Positions 16,776-26,282 of a stretch of DNA of 28,825 nucleotides are shown piece by piece. Position 1 is the stretch's first letter. Every line of letters begins with the position of its first letter. The notes beneath the pieces are model-generated. The model did no database searches. It was not told where the DNA came from and saw only the letters and a list, made by a program, of their open reading frames with translations. Both the position numbers and the translations under genes were made by a program. The DNA comes from Pseudomonadota bacterium (lineage in GTDB: Bacteria > Bdellovibrionota_B > Oligoflexia > Oligoflexales > CAIMVM01), in NCBI GenBank assembly GCA_037142195.1, contig JBAXBA010000042.1, forward strand, positions 1-28,825, in the 5' to 3' direction.

Positions 16776-18857
16776 TTAAGAGGCGTTTTGCTTTACCATC
16801 TCATCACGGTTAATACTGTCGCGATGCTTAAAGGCAACTTTGGAAATTTTATCGGAAATTGCGGATATGTCAGAATGAGCCTCTAAAATCCCATAAGAAC
16901 TTAGTTCACCGGCCTGAACTTTAAGGTTTGAGGTATATTGATGCATCCGATTTTCGATTTCAGATTGGGAAAGATTCACTACCTTAGAAACTTCGTTTAG
17001 CTTTAGGGGAATACTTTGTTCTTGGGCCGCCAGAGCCCTAGCTTTGAGTGACTTTACACGGGGTTGTAAATTCGCATCGGCGCCCTTCTCTGCTTCCGTT
17101 AAGGCAGCTATGCATCCGCTTAGGTCTGATGCTCGTGCAAGTGCCAACGCTTTGTTATAAAAAACAATCGCGTGTAGATCGAGTCTTTCTGGTGAAATCG
17201 CCGCACTAGTCTGAGCATAAATGGCTATGCTTTCTTCATGTTTCCCGCTGACTGATAAGGAAACAGCCCTGCTATTCATGAAAGAAATAATATTTCTGGG
17301 TGCATGGAACCCTGACATCAGCTCTTTGGCTTTCTCGGGCTTGCCTGACAACATTTCTTGCTTAAGCCGGGCCGACTTTACCTCATCGCTATTTGGATCA
17401 ATCGCGGCAGCACTTTCTATCGCTCCGGAGGCTTTTTTCATCTCCCCTGTTTCCAAATGCCCCTCTGCTAACATACAAAGCCGCTGAATGTTACCAGGAG
17501 CCATCGTATTTGCGACATCCAAGCAACGAATTGCTGCATCGAACTCGCGAAGCTTCATAAGTGCCTTGGCAAGTAGAGATAAAATAAAAATAGTCGCTTC
17601 ACCTTCCGACAAAGCCTGTAAACAAAACTGTTTACACTGCTCAAAATTCTTCTCCGCATAGGAAAGTTGGGCTGAAAGTTCAAGAATGCTGCCTTGATCA
17701 ATCGCCCCTAAGCCTCGCAAGTGAGACAATTCTTTTGCCGCATCTGGAATTCGGCCGATATCAATTAAATTACGCAGATTTTTAACTAAAAGCTTAGGAT
17801 CTTTGGTTATTTTAGCTTCTTGAAGCGACCAAGAAACTTTGGCAACCCAAGCTTCTTTCGTCAAAGGCTTTTTTAGAATCCCATAGACAAATAGCTCATC
17901 CAATACAACGAGATCTTCTTCATTGAGATCCGTACTCATGACCAGGATCGGAGATATGCTCGATTGCCCTTTAGTTAGCCTTTGAAGGAAGGCGCCTCCA
18001 GACATTTCTGAAAGATTCCATTCGGTCAAAATAATATCAAAGATCTGGCTTGAAAAACACTCGAGAGCTTCAGACGCTGAAGTAAAGGCATGAATATTTG
18101 AAGCTCCAAGTTCCTCGAAACCTTTTTGCAACATATCTACCACGGCCGAGTCAGGATCTAAAATACCCACTCGATGAATCCCCAACACATTAACCTGTTC
18201 TAGCGAGGCAAGGGAATCTGTCCCGCCCCATTCTTCTTGAAGAGAGGGCTCAAGGAGAATTGCTTTCTTTGCAAAAACTGCTGCTTCAGTGTCTCCTTCC
18301 TTCCCACGTAGCAAAAGGGCTAGATCCATCAAAATTCTAGCGTCGGCCTGGCGAAATTCCAAGATTTTGCGATAATACTGCACCAACCGATCGGGGAATT
18401 CCTTGAGTTTGTGGACAATACAATGGCTGGAGATGGAGAGTTCGTTATACTTTAGCTTTTCCCAACGTTCAAACATGGCCTTTAGAGCTTTCTCCATTTC
18501 TTCTTTGGTGGAGCCCCAAGCAGTGATCGAGTCTAGAAGCCCCCTCTCAAACGCTGGCAATACAAAGTCACCTTCGTTGGCATCCAAAAAAAGGACCATA
18601 TAAGTGTTTCTGAGCTGATAGTTATCAAGAATCACGTCTAGAATTTGAAGGCCATTAATATCTTCGGAAATCGACAATGTCCCTAATATAAGATCCACTT
18701 TCTCTACTTCTAAATGGCTCAGACAAGTCGCATAATCTGCAAACAAGTGACATTTTTCAAACCCCAAGGACTTAAGGGACGATTTTATTAGCTGCCTAAT
18801 GATCTGGGTGGGATGGACAACCACTATGGAGGCTGTCTTGTTTATAATGGATTTCAT
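16776..18857 (-). CDS. Tandem atypical receiver-domain plus TPR-repeat protein
   Basis: Two CheY-like domains and several TPR-like helices (e.g. LLAKALMKLREFDAAIRCL, VFYNKALALARA); ATG at 18857 overlaps the upstream TGA (ATGA). Confidence 0.8.
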   Translation of the reverse strand: MKSIINKTASIVVVHPTQIIRQLIKSSLKSLGFEKCHLFADYATCLSHLEVEKVDLILGTLSISEDINGLQILDVILDNYQLRNTYMVLFLDANEGDFVLPAFERGLLDSITAWGSTKEEMEKALKAMFERWEKLKYNELSISSHCIVHKLKEFPDRLVQYYRKILEFRQADARILMDLALLLRGKEGDTEAAVFAKKAILLEPSLQEEWGGTDSLASLEQVNVLGIHRVGILDPDSAVVDMLQKGFEELGASNIHAFTSASEALECFSSQIFDIILTEWNLSEMSGGAFLQRLTKGQSSISPILVMSTDLNEEDLVVLDELFVYGILKKPLTKEAWVAKVSWSLQEAKITKDPKLLVKNLRNLIDIGRIPDAAKELSHLRGLGAIDQGSILELSAQLSYAEKNFEQCKQFCLQALSEGEATIFILSLLAKALMKLREFDAAIRCLDVANTMAPGNIQRLCMLAEGHLETGEMKKASGAIESAAAIDPNSDEVKSARLKQEMLSGKPEKAKELMSGFHAPRNIISFMNSRAVSLSVSGKHEESIAIYAQTSAAISPERLDLHAIVFYNKALALARASDLSGCIAALTEAEKGADANLQPRVKSLKARALAAQEQSIPLKLNEVSKVVNLSQSEIENRMHQYTSNLKVQAGELSSYGILEAHSDISAISDKISKVAFKHRDSINRDEMVKQNAS

Positions 18858-19399
18858 ATAGCATCCTTCCAAGATGTATACTTTTGAATTTGAGACAAAA
18901 GATCGTCATATTTGAATGGCTTAACTATATAATATACCGCACCAAGTTCGCGGGCTTTTGCTACGAGATCAGGGCTCGCAAATGCCGTGCAAAGAAACTT
19001 TGGCACTCCGACCATAAGCTTCATCTCGTTGAGTTTTTTTAGAATCTGTAGGCCGTTAAATTCAGGAAGATTTAAATCCAAAATCATGAGCGAAATTTCA
19101 TTACAACTTTTGATTTTCACCAATGCTTCGTTAAAATTATGCGCAATCAAAATTTTATAATTATGACTCTCAAGAAATTCGGAGTATATTTCTGTCAGCT
19201 CTACTTCATCGTCAACGATGAGCACGGTTGGGGAATGCTGAGACTTTGGAGGGGGAATATTTTGGCTTAGTTTTTTGGCCAGCCAATTTCCTTCGGCTGT
19301 CGCCGCTTGTAAAAGCGCCGCAGCATCGGGTCGATCAGTTATATGAGCAGCTAGGGCTAACCCTAACTTTTTAGAACTCGTATTTGAGAAGTCTGTCAC
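18854..19399 (-). CDS. CheY-like response regulator with N-terminal extension
   Basis: VLIVDDE, MILDLNLP, CTA, YIVKPF; all canonical receiver residues present. Confidence 0.88.
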   Translation of the reverse strand: MTDFSNTSSKKLGLALAAHITDRPDAAALLQAATAEGNWLAKKLSQNIPPPKSQHSPTVLIVDDEVELTEIYSEFLESHNYKILIAHNFNEALVKIKSCNEISLMILDLNLPEFNGLQILKKLNEMKLMVGVPKFLCTAFASPDLVAKARELGAVYYIVKPFKYDDLLSQIQKYTSWKDAI

Positions 19400-19708
19400 T
19401 CTGTCACCTTCAACAGTATGTTAATAGACTGCAAATACTCGGGGGAGCGCAGTTCATTAGATTCCTCCATTATATTTTAGAATACATTTAAGATAAAGTT
19501 TTTGCTCCCTAGATTCTTCCAGGTCGCCTTTTTTAGAAGAAACGACAGGGGGGGGCTTGTCGTGTCTTTTTGTATTTTGATAAGCTAAGTCGCTATTTTC
19601 CAAAATAATAGCAGTTTGCGCTGTACGCGCCCCGTACCGCCTCCTTCCTCTCGTATGAGACCCTCGTGTTAACTTGGCACATTTGCCAAATAGAATCCTG
19701 CCCTGAAC

Positions 19709-19736
19709 TCATGAAAAGCCGTCTTTTTGCCGAAGA
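19709..19736 (+). promoter_or_regulatory. Weak sigma28-like promoter
   Basis: TCAT(G)-N16-GCCGAAGA, 15 nt before the ATG at 19752. Confidence 0.35.
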
Positions 19737-19751
19737 ACCCACCACAAAAGG

Positions 19752-20942
19752 ATGGCAACGGTGTATTTAATCTTGACCTTTATTTTTAGCTTTTTTATAG
19801 CCCATGCAGCTAGGGGGCAGTTTTTATCCAATGAGCCCCTCTATCAAGATCCCTTTGATAATGCCGCTGGTGGTGCCTCAATTACTATGGCTTCAAGGGA
19901 AGGACTGATGTTTTCAAATCCCGCATTGATTCCCTTCGGTGGAAAAATAATAAGATGGGTTGGGACCAAGTTTAATTTGATGGGCCCAAGAAATTCCCTG
20001 CTTTACGCCTATAAAGCTAAAAGTGAAGGCTGCGCTGCCACGACCGGCGCGATGAATGGACTTTTAGGGGGAAAGTCAGCATGTGAAGAATCCACTCAAG
20101 ATTTAAACGCGTTAATGGGAAAGAACACCGGATTTGGTGTTTCTACAACTCTTTCGGGTATATTGAACAACTTTGCTGGCTCTCTTGTTTTGGGGCAGGG
20201 CGTTGACATCAAAGTCAGAAGAGCTGGCGACCCTGAAACTGGGATGGGCCTACCTCAACTCGTGTTAAGGGCTGAGTCCGCCAATGCACTAGCCCTGTCT
20301 ACAGCGACAAGAATTCCCTATTCACCTCTTTCTTTTGGGCTCACCGCTAAATACATGGCCCTTCTTGACACGAAAATCGCCCTGGGGGCTGAGCTTGCCA
20401 CCGATAAATCAGCACTCAAATCCCAAACAGATCAAATTAGATCAGGAATCGCCAAGGGAACTGGGGTTGATGCGGGAAGTCTTTGGTTTACCCAGGGGAA
20501 ATGGATGGACTTTCGCCTCGGGATCACCGTTCAAGATATTGGTAATGCCGTACTTAAGCCGATGGGAACTCCTTGTGACCCCTTAGACCCCGACTGCCAC
20601 TCCAAACAGCCAATTCGCTATCAAACTATCAACTCTGGCGTTGGGTTAACCTTCCACAATAGTACAGACATGATCCATTTTGCATTAGATTACCGAGATA
20701 TTAACAATGCCTACAATGAACCTATGTTTAAACGAATCTATGCTGGAACCAAGATCACACTCAGAAATTCCTTGGGTTTAGCCTTTGGTATGCACCATGG
20801 ATACCCAAGCTATGGATTAGAACTTGATGCTTTTATTTTTAAGATTTCTCTTTCCACCTGGCAAAAAGTCTATGGAGTCGATCCTAAAGGCGATATTAGA
20901 AAGTACTTTATGTTTTCTATCTCTTCCGGCTTTAGTTTGTAG
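19752..20942 (+). CDS. TraF-like/FadL-superfamily outer-membrane beta-barrel protein
   Basis: Signal peptide; N-terminal AAGGA...LMFSNPALI (GGA..NPA plug motif); FGLTAKY, GVDAG, LGITVQDIG, GYPSYG; C-terminal ISSGFSL. Confidence 0.65.
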   Translation: MATVYLILTFIFSFFIAHAARGQFLSNEPLYQDPFDNAAGGASITMASREGLMFSNPALIPFGGKIIRWVGTKFNLMGPRNSLLYAYKAKSEGCAATTGAMNGLLGGKSACEESTQDLNALMGKNTGFGVSTTLSGILNNFAGSLVLGQGVDIKVRRAGDPETGMGLPQLVLRAESANALALSTATRIPYSPLSFGLTAKYMALLDTKIALGAELATDKSALKSQTDQIRSGIAKGTGVDAGSLWFTQGKWMDFRLGITVQDIGNAVLKPMGTPCDPLDPDCHSKQPIRYQTINSGVGLTFHNSTDMIHFALDYRDINNAYNEPMFKRIYAGTKITLRNSLGLAFGMHHGYPSYGLELDAFIFKISLSTWQKVYGVDPKGDIRKYFMFSISSGFSL

Positions 20943-20949
20943 GACAATA

Positions 20950-21744
20950 ATGAAAAACATTTCATACATTTTATTATTTTTAGCAGGATGTGGGCTCGAC
21001 AACTGCCTCTACACAACCGAATGCCGTTCTGTAAAGCCTGCCCTAGAAACCTGTCCTACTCTTAAGGCAAAGCAAGTGAAACGGTTCACCGAAGAGGCCG
21101 TCAACGCCCTCGACAAAGAAGACTACTCAACTGCGATCGAGCTTTTAGACTGCTTGATCATCCAAGATGGAACTAACTTTCGAAACTTTGCCCGACGAGG
21201 TTTCGCCTATGCAGGAAGAACCGCTCGCTATGCGCCCATTACTCTGCTCGCAAATGTCAGCAAACCTACGTTCCTTGATAGCTTAAAAACGGAATTGACA
21301 TCCTTAGCTCCGAGTTCCCTAGAGGAAAGTAGCACCTTGTTCCAAGTCGGCCAAGATTTGGGACAGGCCTCATCGGATTTGATCACCGCTCTTTCTCTTA
21401 TGCCAGATCCCGGTTCCTACAAATCTATTCGCTGGCTAGCTCTTCTCTATTCTGGCATTGGGTCTGCCTACACCCTAAATAGTCACCGTCTTTTTGCATC
21501 GTCTCATGTTTTAGACCCGGACCTGATCCTCTTGATTGAATCTGGGAGAGGGCAGACGGTGTCTGACACTCTTGCTGCTTCTCAGGCCTTAGCGACCACT
21601 TACGCAACTGACCCTGATTCCGTAACAGCAGGTCTCTCGGTGGCCGTAGGCGCCATCCTTTTAGGCATCAACTATCCCACCTATCTCGTTTCTGTGGGTG
21701 TAAGTGGCGTCAATCAAGGTCTCGTAGACTTCTTACAGCTCTAG
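20950..21744 (+). CDS. Lipoprotein with a TPR-like helical segment
   Basis: ATG at 20950 (AGGA SD); lipobox LAGC; AVNALDKEDYSTAIELL...RGFAYAGR. Confidence 0.7.
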   Translation: MKNISYILLFLAGCGLDNCLYTTECRSVKPALETCPTLKAKQVKRFTEEAVNALDKEDYSTAIELLDCLIIQDGTNFRNFARRGFAYAGRTARYAPITLLANVSKPTFLDSLKTELTSLAPSSLEESSTLFQVGQDLGQASSDLITALSLMPDPGSYKSIRWLALLYSGIGSAYTLNSHRLFASSHVLDPDLILLIESGRGQTVSDTLAASQALATTYATDPDSVTAGLSVAVGAILLGINYPTYLVSVGVSGVNQGLVDFLQL

Positions 21745-23280
21745 AGGCTGATCTAATTCCGGATGAGATGCTTGGTCGATGCCATCAGGGAAGTATCTGT
21801 CAACAAATCCACATCGCCCCTTAGGAAGCCATAAAGGTGGAGAATAATAGGACTTAGCAATAACCCTTAAAACTTCATCTCGATATTGTTCAAAATGAAA
21901 GCCTTTGCCTAAAACGAGAGTCAACTGAGTGCCTTGATAAGACTTATTGACCACCTCAAAAGAATCAAAAAAAGCACCGTAGCGATCAGCCACTCCGGAA
22001 TCGATGTAAAGAGCTAAATCTTTACCCGCCAAAGGAGCGATATCGTCCCTGGTATCGCATTGCCGTCCATAAACCCCCGTTGCAAAAAGAGTCGTCAATT
22101 TCTTACGGCAAACATGCTCAAATATCGCTGAGGGTGGATATCCGGTCACTACCAGTTCAAAGCCCTCTGGTATCATGCTATCCAAAGCCTGACACAGTTC
22201 TCGTGGGTGAACACTATAAAGATAGGCATTTCTTTGCAACTGGGTAGTCGCTAAATTATAGCGCTCTATAAGTTCATCGGAGTATCTTGTTACAAAAAAG
22301 ACTACGCCTCCCAAAATAAGCCCATAGATCATGCTGAGGTTTGCGAGCCTTTTCAAGTGGCTATAAGGCAGGTAGCTTATGGCAACATAGGCAGGAATGA
22401 CAAAAACCAGAAGCCAATGTATGCCTACCACTCGCTTCAAACTCATAACCGCAAATAAGCCCAAGGGAGCAAGTACCAACCAAAGCCAGCTCATACTCAT
22501 CTTCGCGCGAAGGTTCCACACCCTAAATATTGCTAAAACAATCCATGGTGATAGAAGAAACAAAAGGGATACTATATAAAGATCAGGCCTTCCCTCGCCT
22601 TGGGTAACCTGTCTGTTTAACAAATTGAACATTATATTGTTCCAACAGTTTTGGTGATTCCAAAGAAGGTTCCAAACTACTGAGGGCAATACTCCCGCGG
22701 CCAAAAGCATCAAGAAACCAGGTAGCCGCCTACGGTGGGTCATATAAAGGCTAACGACATACCCTAACCCAATGACGACAGCTAAATACTTCGACAAAAA
22801 GCCAAGACCTAAAAAAAATCCGCAGATCACTGCCCACAAAGGTCTCTCATCTTTTTTCCAGCGATCGAAAAAATAATAGGAAATGGCGCCAAAAAAAACC
22901 AGGCATGTATCATTCAACATGGGGACTAGAAAAAGAGAGCTAGGAGATACCCACCAAATAAAAGCTGCGATTTTTCCTCGACCTGAATCCGATGCCGCTT
23001 TATAAATAAAAACAGCAACTGCCATAGTGGTCAACAAAGAAAACAAGCGATAAAACCGGAAATCGTCGATCCCATGCGACATCAAGTGATTCAACCAGCC
23101 CACCATGGGAGTATGATCGTAATACCCCGCAGATAAATCATGTCCCCACTGCACAAAATAGGCTTCATCACCCGTAAAGGGAAACCCAAAAAGCAATAAA
23201 ATCTTTAAAATAAAGACTAAAATGGCACCAAAAAGTAAAATCTTTTCCGATTGCCTAAATTCATTCCATTTGGAGGTAAT
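21733..23280 (-). CDS. GT39/ArnT-like (PMT family) membrane glycosyltransferase; start codon uncertain
   Basis: GDEAYF, GYYDHTPM, GLGFLSKY, many TM helices. The frame is open upstream of the TTG at 23196 and encodes the expected first TM helix; the best SD-linked start is ATT at 23280. Confidence 0.85.
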   Translation of the reverse strand: MTSKWNEFRQSEKILLFGAILVFILKILLLFGFPFTGDEAYFVQWGHDLSAGYYDHTPMVGWLNHLMSHGIDDFRFYRLFSLLTTMAVAVFIYKAASDSGRGKIAAFIWWVSPSSLFLVPMLNDTCLVFFGAISYYFFDRWKKDERPLWAVICGFFLGLGFLSKYLAVVIGLGYVVSLYMTHRRRLPGFLMLLAAGVLPSVVWNLLWNHQNCWNNIMFNLLNRQVTQGEGRPDLYIVSLLFLLSPWIVLAIFRVWNLRAKMSMSWLWLVLAPLGLFAVMSLKRVVGIHWLLVFVIPAYVAISYLPYSHLKRLANLSMIYGLILGGVVFFVTRYSDELIERYNLATTQLQRNAYLYSVHPRELCQALDSMIPEGFELVVTGYPPSAIFEHVCRKKLTTLFATGVYGRQCDTRDDIAPLAGKDLALYIDSGVADRYGAFFDSFEVVNKSYQGTQLTLVLGKGFHFEQYRDEVLRVIAKSYYSPPLWLPKGRCGFVDRYFPDGIDQASHPELDQPLEL

Positions 23281-23307
23281 AGATTTATCCCCTTCGCAAA
23301 GCCTACC

Positions 23308-23730
23308 CTATTCTAACTGCTCTAAAAAACTTTGGTAGTTAAAATAATGACTAAACCTCGAAATTTGCTGATCTTGAATTTCAAAAAAAGCACCATGAAA
23401 CCCTTCATACCTTTGCCCACAAGATTTTGGGAGTAAACCATGGGTTTTAAGATACTCGCCATGGACATAAAATTCCACACTTCCTCGACTACCGTCTTCA
23501 GAAGCAAGAACAAACAATTGGGAAAAAGCCTCTTTATAGTAGCGTGCTGTCTCCACAAGATATTTCAGAAAGGGCTCCCGACCTATGACTCTTGGGCCTT
23601 GATTGATGTCGTGAAGAATTTGATCTGAAACCAGAAGGCTTGCCTCCGTCCACTGTTCCGCATTGAGGAGCGCAAAGAACTTACGAATAAGGTCTCCGCT
23701 TGAGCATTGTAATTGGGAAAGGCTTTGCAT
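23308..23730 (-). CDS. Ketosteroid isomerase-related (SnoaL/NTF2-like) protein
   Basis: HDINQG..IGRE.F, RGSVEF.V.GEYLKT..LP...GQRY....GAFFEI motifs. Confidence 0.85.
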   Translation of the reverse strand: MQSLSQLQCSSGDLIRKFFALLNAEQWTEASLLVSDQILHDINQGPRVIGREPFLKYLVETARYYKEAFSQLFVLASEDGSRGSVEFYVHGEYLKTHGLLPKSCGQRYEGFHGAFFEIQDQQISRFSHYFNYQSFLEQLE

Positions 23731-23844
23731 AAAAATTCTTTTCTTTCTTTGTGACTTCAAGTAATACTTCTATATCTTAACTGAGTCTAGTGAGCTTTAT
23801 TGCTGTGCAAAATTTAGACTTCCCCTGTATAAGGAAGCCCTTGC

Positions 23845-24321
23845 TTGACCTCTGAACTCGTACCCACTTTGCAAGCTGCTCTGGCACCTGTTACTGTCAT
23901 ATCGGGCGCTGCCCTACTTTTGTCGGCAATGACGCAAAGGTATGGAAGAACGTCAGATCGATTTCGCAGCTGCCTTCGGGAATACGATCACAGCCATGGA
24001 GATGTTAAAGAGAATTTAACGGAAGAAGTGAAGCTTCTCTATCTTAGACTTCACATGATCCGGGTTCAGATTGCCTGTGTAACTTCCTCTCTAGTTCTGA
24101 TAGCACTCACTATATTCTTTCTTTTTTATGAGCTTTCCACAGACCGACAATGGTTCGAATTTGCTGCCAAAGCGTCTTTTATTTTAAGCTTAGTGCTTTT
24201 AACCATCGCTATGATCTTCTTTTTGAGCGACATCCTAAACTCCATGCAAGCACTGAGAGTCAATCTGTCTCAAAGACCAGAGTTAGAGAAGAAAATTCGG
24301 CATTTGCGGCCTAATCCCTAG
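23845..24321 (+). CDS. DUF2721-family membrane protein
   Basis: LQAALAPVTVISGAALLL..MT.RYGR..DR.R motif and three TM segments. Confidence 0.8.
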   Translation: MTSELVPTLQAALAPVTVISGAALLLSAMTQRYGRTSDRFRSCLREYDHSHGDVKENLTEEVKLLYLRLHMIRVQIACVTSSLVLIALTIFFLFYELSTDRQWFEFAAKASFILSLVLLTIAMIFFLSDILNSMQALRVNLSQRPELEKKIRHLRPNP

Positions 24322-24416
24322 TAAATTCTTTGTATAAACTTTGAAGGATTGTTCCAAGCTGTGTGAATAACGCCGGTGTACCATTGGCACATTCTCGGAA
24401 GCTCTATCCATACGGC

Positions 24417-24455
24417 TCGAATAGTCGAATAGTCGAATAGTCGAATAGTCGAATA
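24417..24455. repeat. Tandem repeat (TCGAATAG) x4.9
   Basis: Four perfect 8-bp units plus TCGAATA. Confidence 0.95.
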
Positions 24456-25137
24456 AATAGAGTACTATTGCCAATTGTAGAAGCCCTACAAAAGCTTGGA
24501 AGTACATAATTTTAGAAATAGATTCCATGCTTAAAGAGCTTCCGCTTATACAGATCCGCAGGCCTCCCGTAGGAAGAAAATTTAACACAATCGCGCTAGA
24601 ATAAACTATTGCTCTCACTCAACGGTCTTGTAAAAAAGCAGCATTAGACATCAAACGAAGATGAGAACAATTTGCATAAATTCGATCCGGAAACATCTAA
24701 AGACCATTATAGATTTTAAAGAATTGTTCAAAGTCGGCTATCTATAGACCGGGACACCAACCTCCCCACCTCAAAAAACCTCCCTTTTGAATGATCCCAA
24801 CGGCACTCGTCAGAGAAATCTCTATAACGAAGAAGCTTATATTCCTCATGGTAAGATCCTAATCTTTTGACACGACGCACCATGGAGTTCCTACTACTTA
24901 AAACACCAAAAATGATTAAATAATGGTCAACCATTTTTACTTAGGATCAGCGGAAATTCATTCAAGATAATGCACACCTTTTAGATTAGGTACGCAAGGT
25001 GAGAGCTGAGCCAACAGCAACCGCAGTGACCTCAATCGTCGCTCACCAAGGAAAACCTAATTCGATTCAGTAATATGATCTAAGAGGTGAAAGAAAGGAA
25101 CAGTAATGCTACACTACTAAAAATATCGAGGCCTAAA

Positions 25138-25944
25138 ATGGTTAAAATTCTTGGACTTTTTCTCGCAGTGATCAGTTCGTTAGCATGGGGTGAAAAAATC
25201 ACATTTAAACGCGGCGGCAAAGAAGTCAAATCACTTGACACCACCGAGCTGGCCCAGCATGCCGTTCCGACCAAGGTATTTGAACACCTTTCGGAAACGG
25301 AAGTCACATACCAAGCTGTTCCCTTTCGAGAACTCCTTGAGTCTGTTTACGGAGCCCATTGGGGCGAAGCAGGAGAGGAGCTTCTATTTACCTGTGTCGA
25401 TGGGTATCAACCCTCCCTACCACTGAGTATTTTTAAATCTAATAAGAGTTTTCTTGCTTTGTCAAAACCGGGCGAAGATTTTAAAGCTACTACAACAAAA
25501 GACAAAAAGAGCATCAGTCTCGGTCCTACCTACTTGATTTGGGAAAACCTTAAAAATTTAGAAATCCGTGAAAAAGCCGGCAGCATTTGGCCCTATCAGG
25601 TAATTGCTGTGGACCTCATTAAGTTTAAAGATCATTTTGGAAAAATGGCTCCCCATGAAAAGGCTTCACCTTTAGCAAGCGAAGGGTTTCTAATCTTTCG
25701 CGAAAAATGCATGTCTTGCCACAAAATGAATGGAGAGGGCGCTCCCACGGGAATTGATTTAAACCGTCCCGTTCCCAAGATCCAGATGTATAGCCCAAAA
25801 TCGTTTGAAAAATGGATCATGGAACCAAAGACACTAAGGCCTGAAACCTCGATGCCTGGCCTCATGGCCACTGACCCTAAAGCAGCAAAGCATATCAAGC
25901 CTCTTCTCAAATATTTAGAATCCATGGCGGAAACCACAAAGTAG
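25138..25944 (+). CDS. Exported monoheme cytochrome c with N-terminal molybdopterin-oxidoreductase-like domain
   Basis: Signal peptide from MVKILG (GAGG SD); CVDGY and LGPTYLIW, WPYQV motifs; CMSCH heme site; distal Met in TSMP. Confidence 0.8.
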   Translation: MVKILGLFLAVISSLAWGEKITFKRGGKEVKSLDTTELAQHAVPTKVFEHLSETEVTYQAVPFRELLESVYGAHWGEAGEELLFTCVDGYQPSLPLSIFKSNKSFLALSKPGEDFKATTTKDKKSISLGPTYLIWENLKNLEIREKAGSIWPYQVIAVDLIKFKDHFGKMAPHEKASPLASEGFLIFREKCMSCHKMNGEGAPTGIDLNRPVPKIQMYSPKSFEKWIMEPKTLRPETSMPGLMATDPKAAKHIKPLLKYLESMAETTK

Positions 25945-25976
25945 AAGCTTTTATTAACTTTTGATTTATAGAATTC

Positions 25977-26002
25977 CGCTGTAGCGGCTATACGCTACAG
26001 CG
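25977..26002. repeat. Perfect 10-bp hairpin
   Basis: CGCTGTAGCG-GCTATA-CGCTACAGCG; no U-tract on either side. Confidence 0.7.
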
Positions 26003-26282
26003 CTAGACACACGAAAACTTCTCTATTTATGCTTCAGCGAGTCTTGATTGCAAGATTCCAAATGCTTTGGCTCTAAACCAACCACCTGCGGTGCTTTCGA
26101 TGCCGTTACTCAGCACCTACCGAAACCTGTTTGCATAAGTTTGATGCCTCATTCCTGGCTAATCGAGGATGGTACACTATCTGGTTTTTCAATGCCTTCA
26201 AACCAGAGCCTTCCTTGCATGCGTATCATTCCCATCGTATGGACTCAAGGGATGTGCCTACCGTGGTAGAGTATGTTTGGTG

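Noticed and set aside
24998..25047. GGTGAG...CTCACC stem upstream of the cytochrome gene as a possible Moco riboswitch
   Set aside because: The conserved Moco motif nucleotides are not recognisable.
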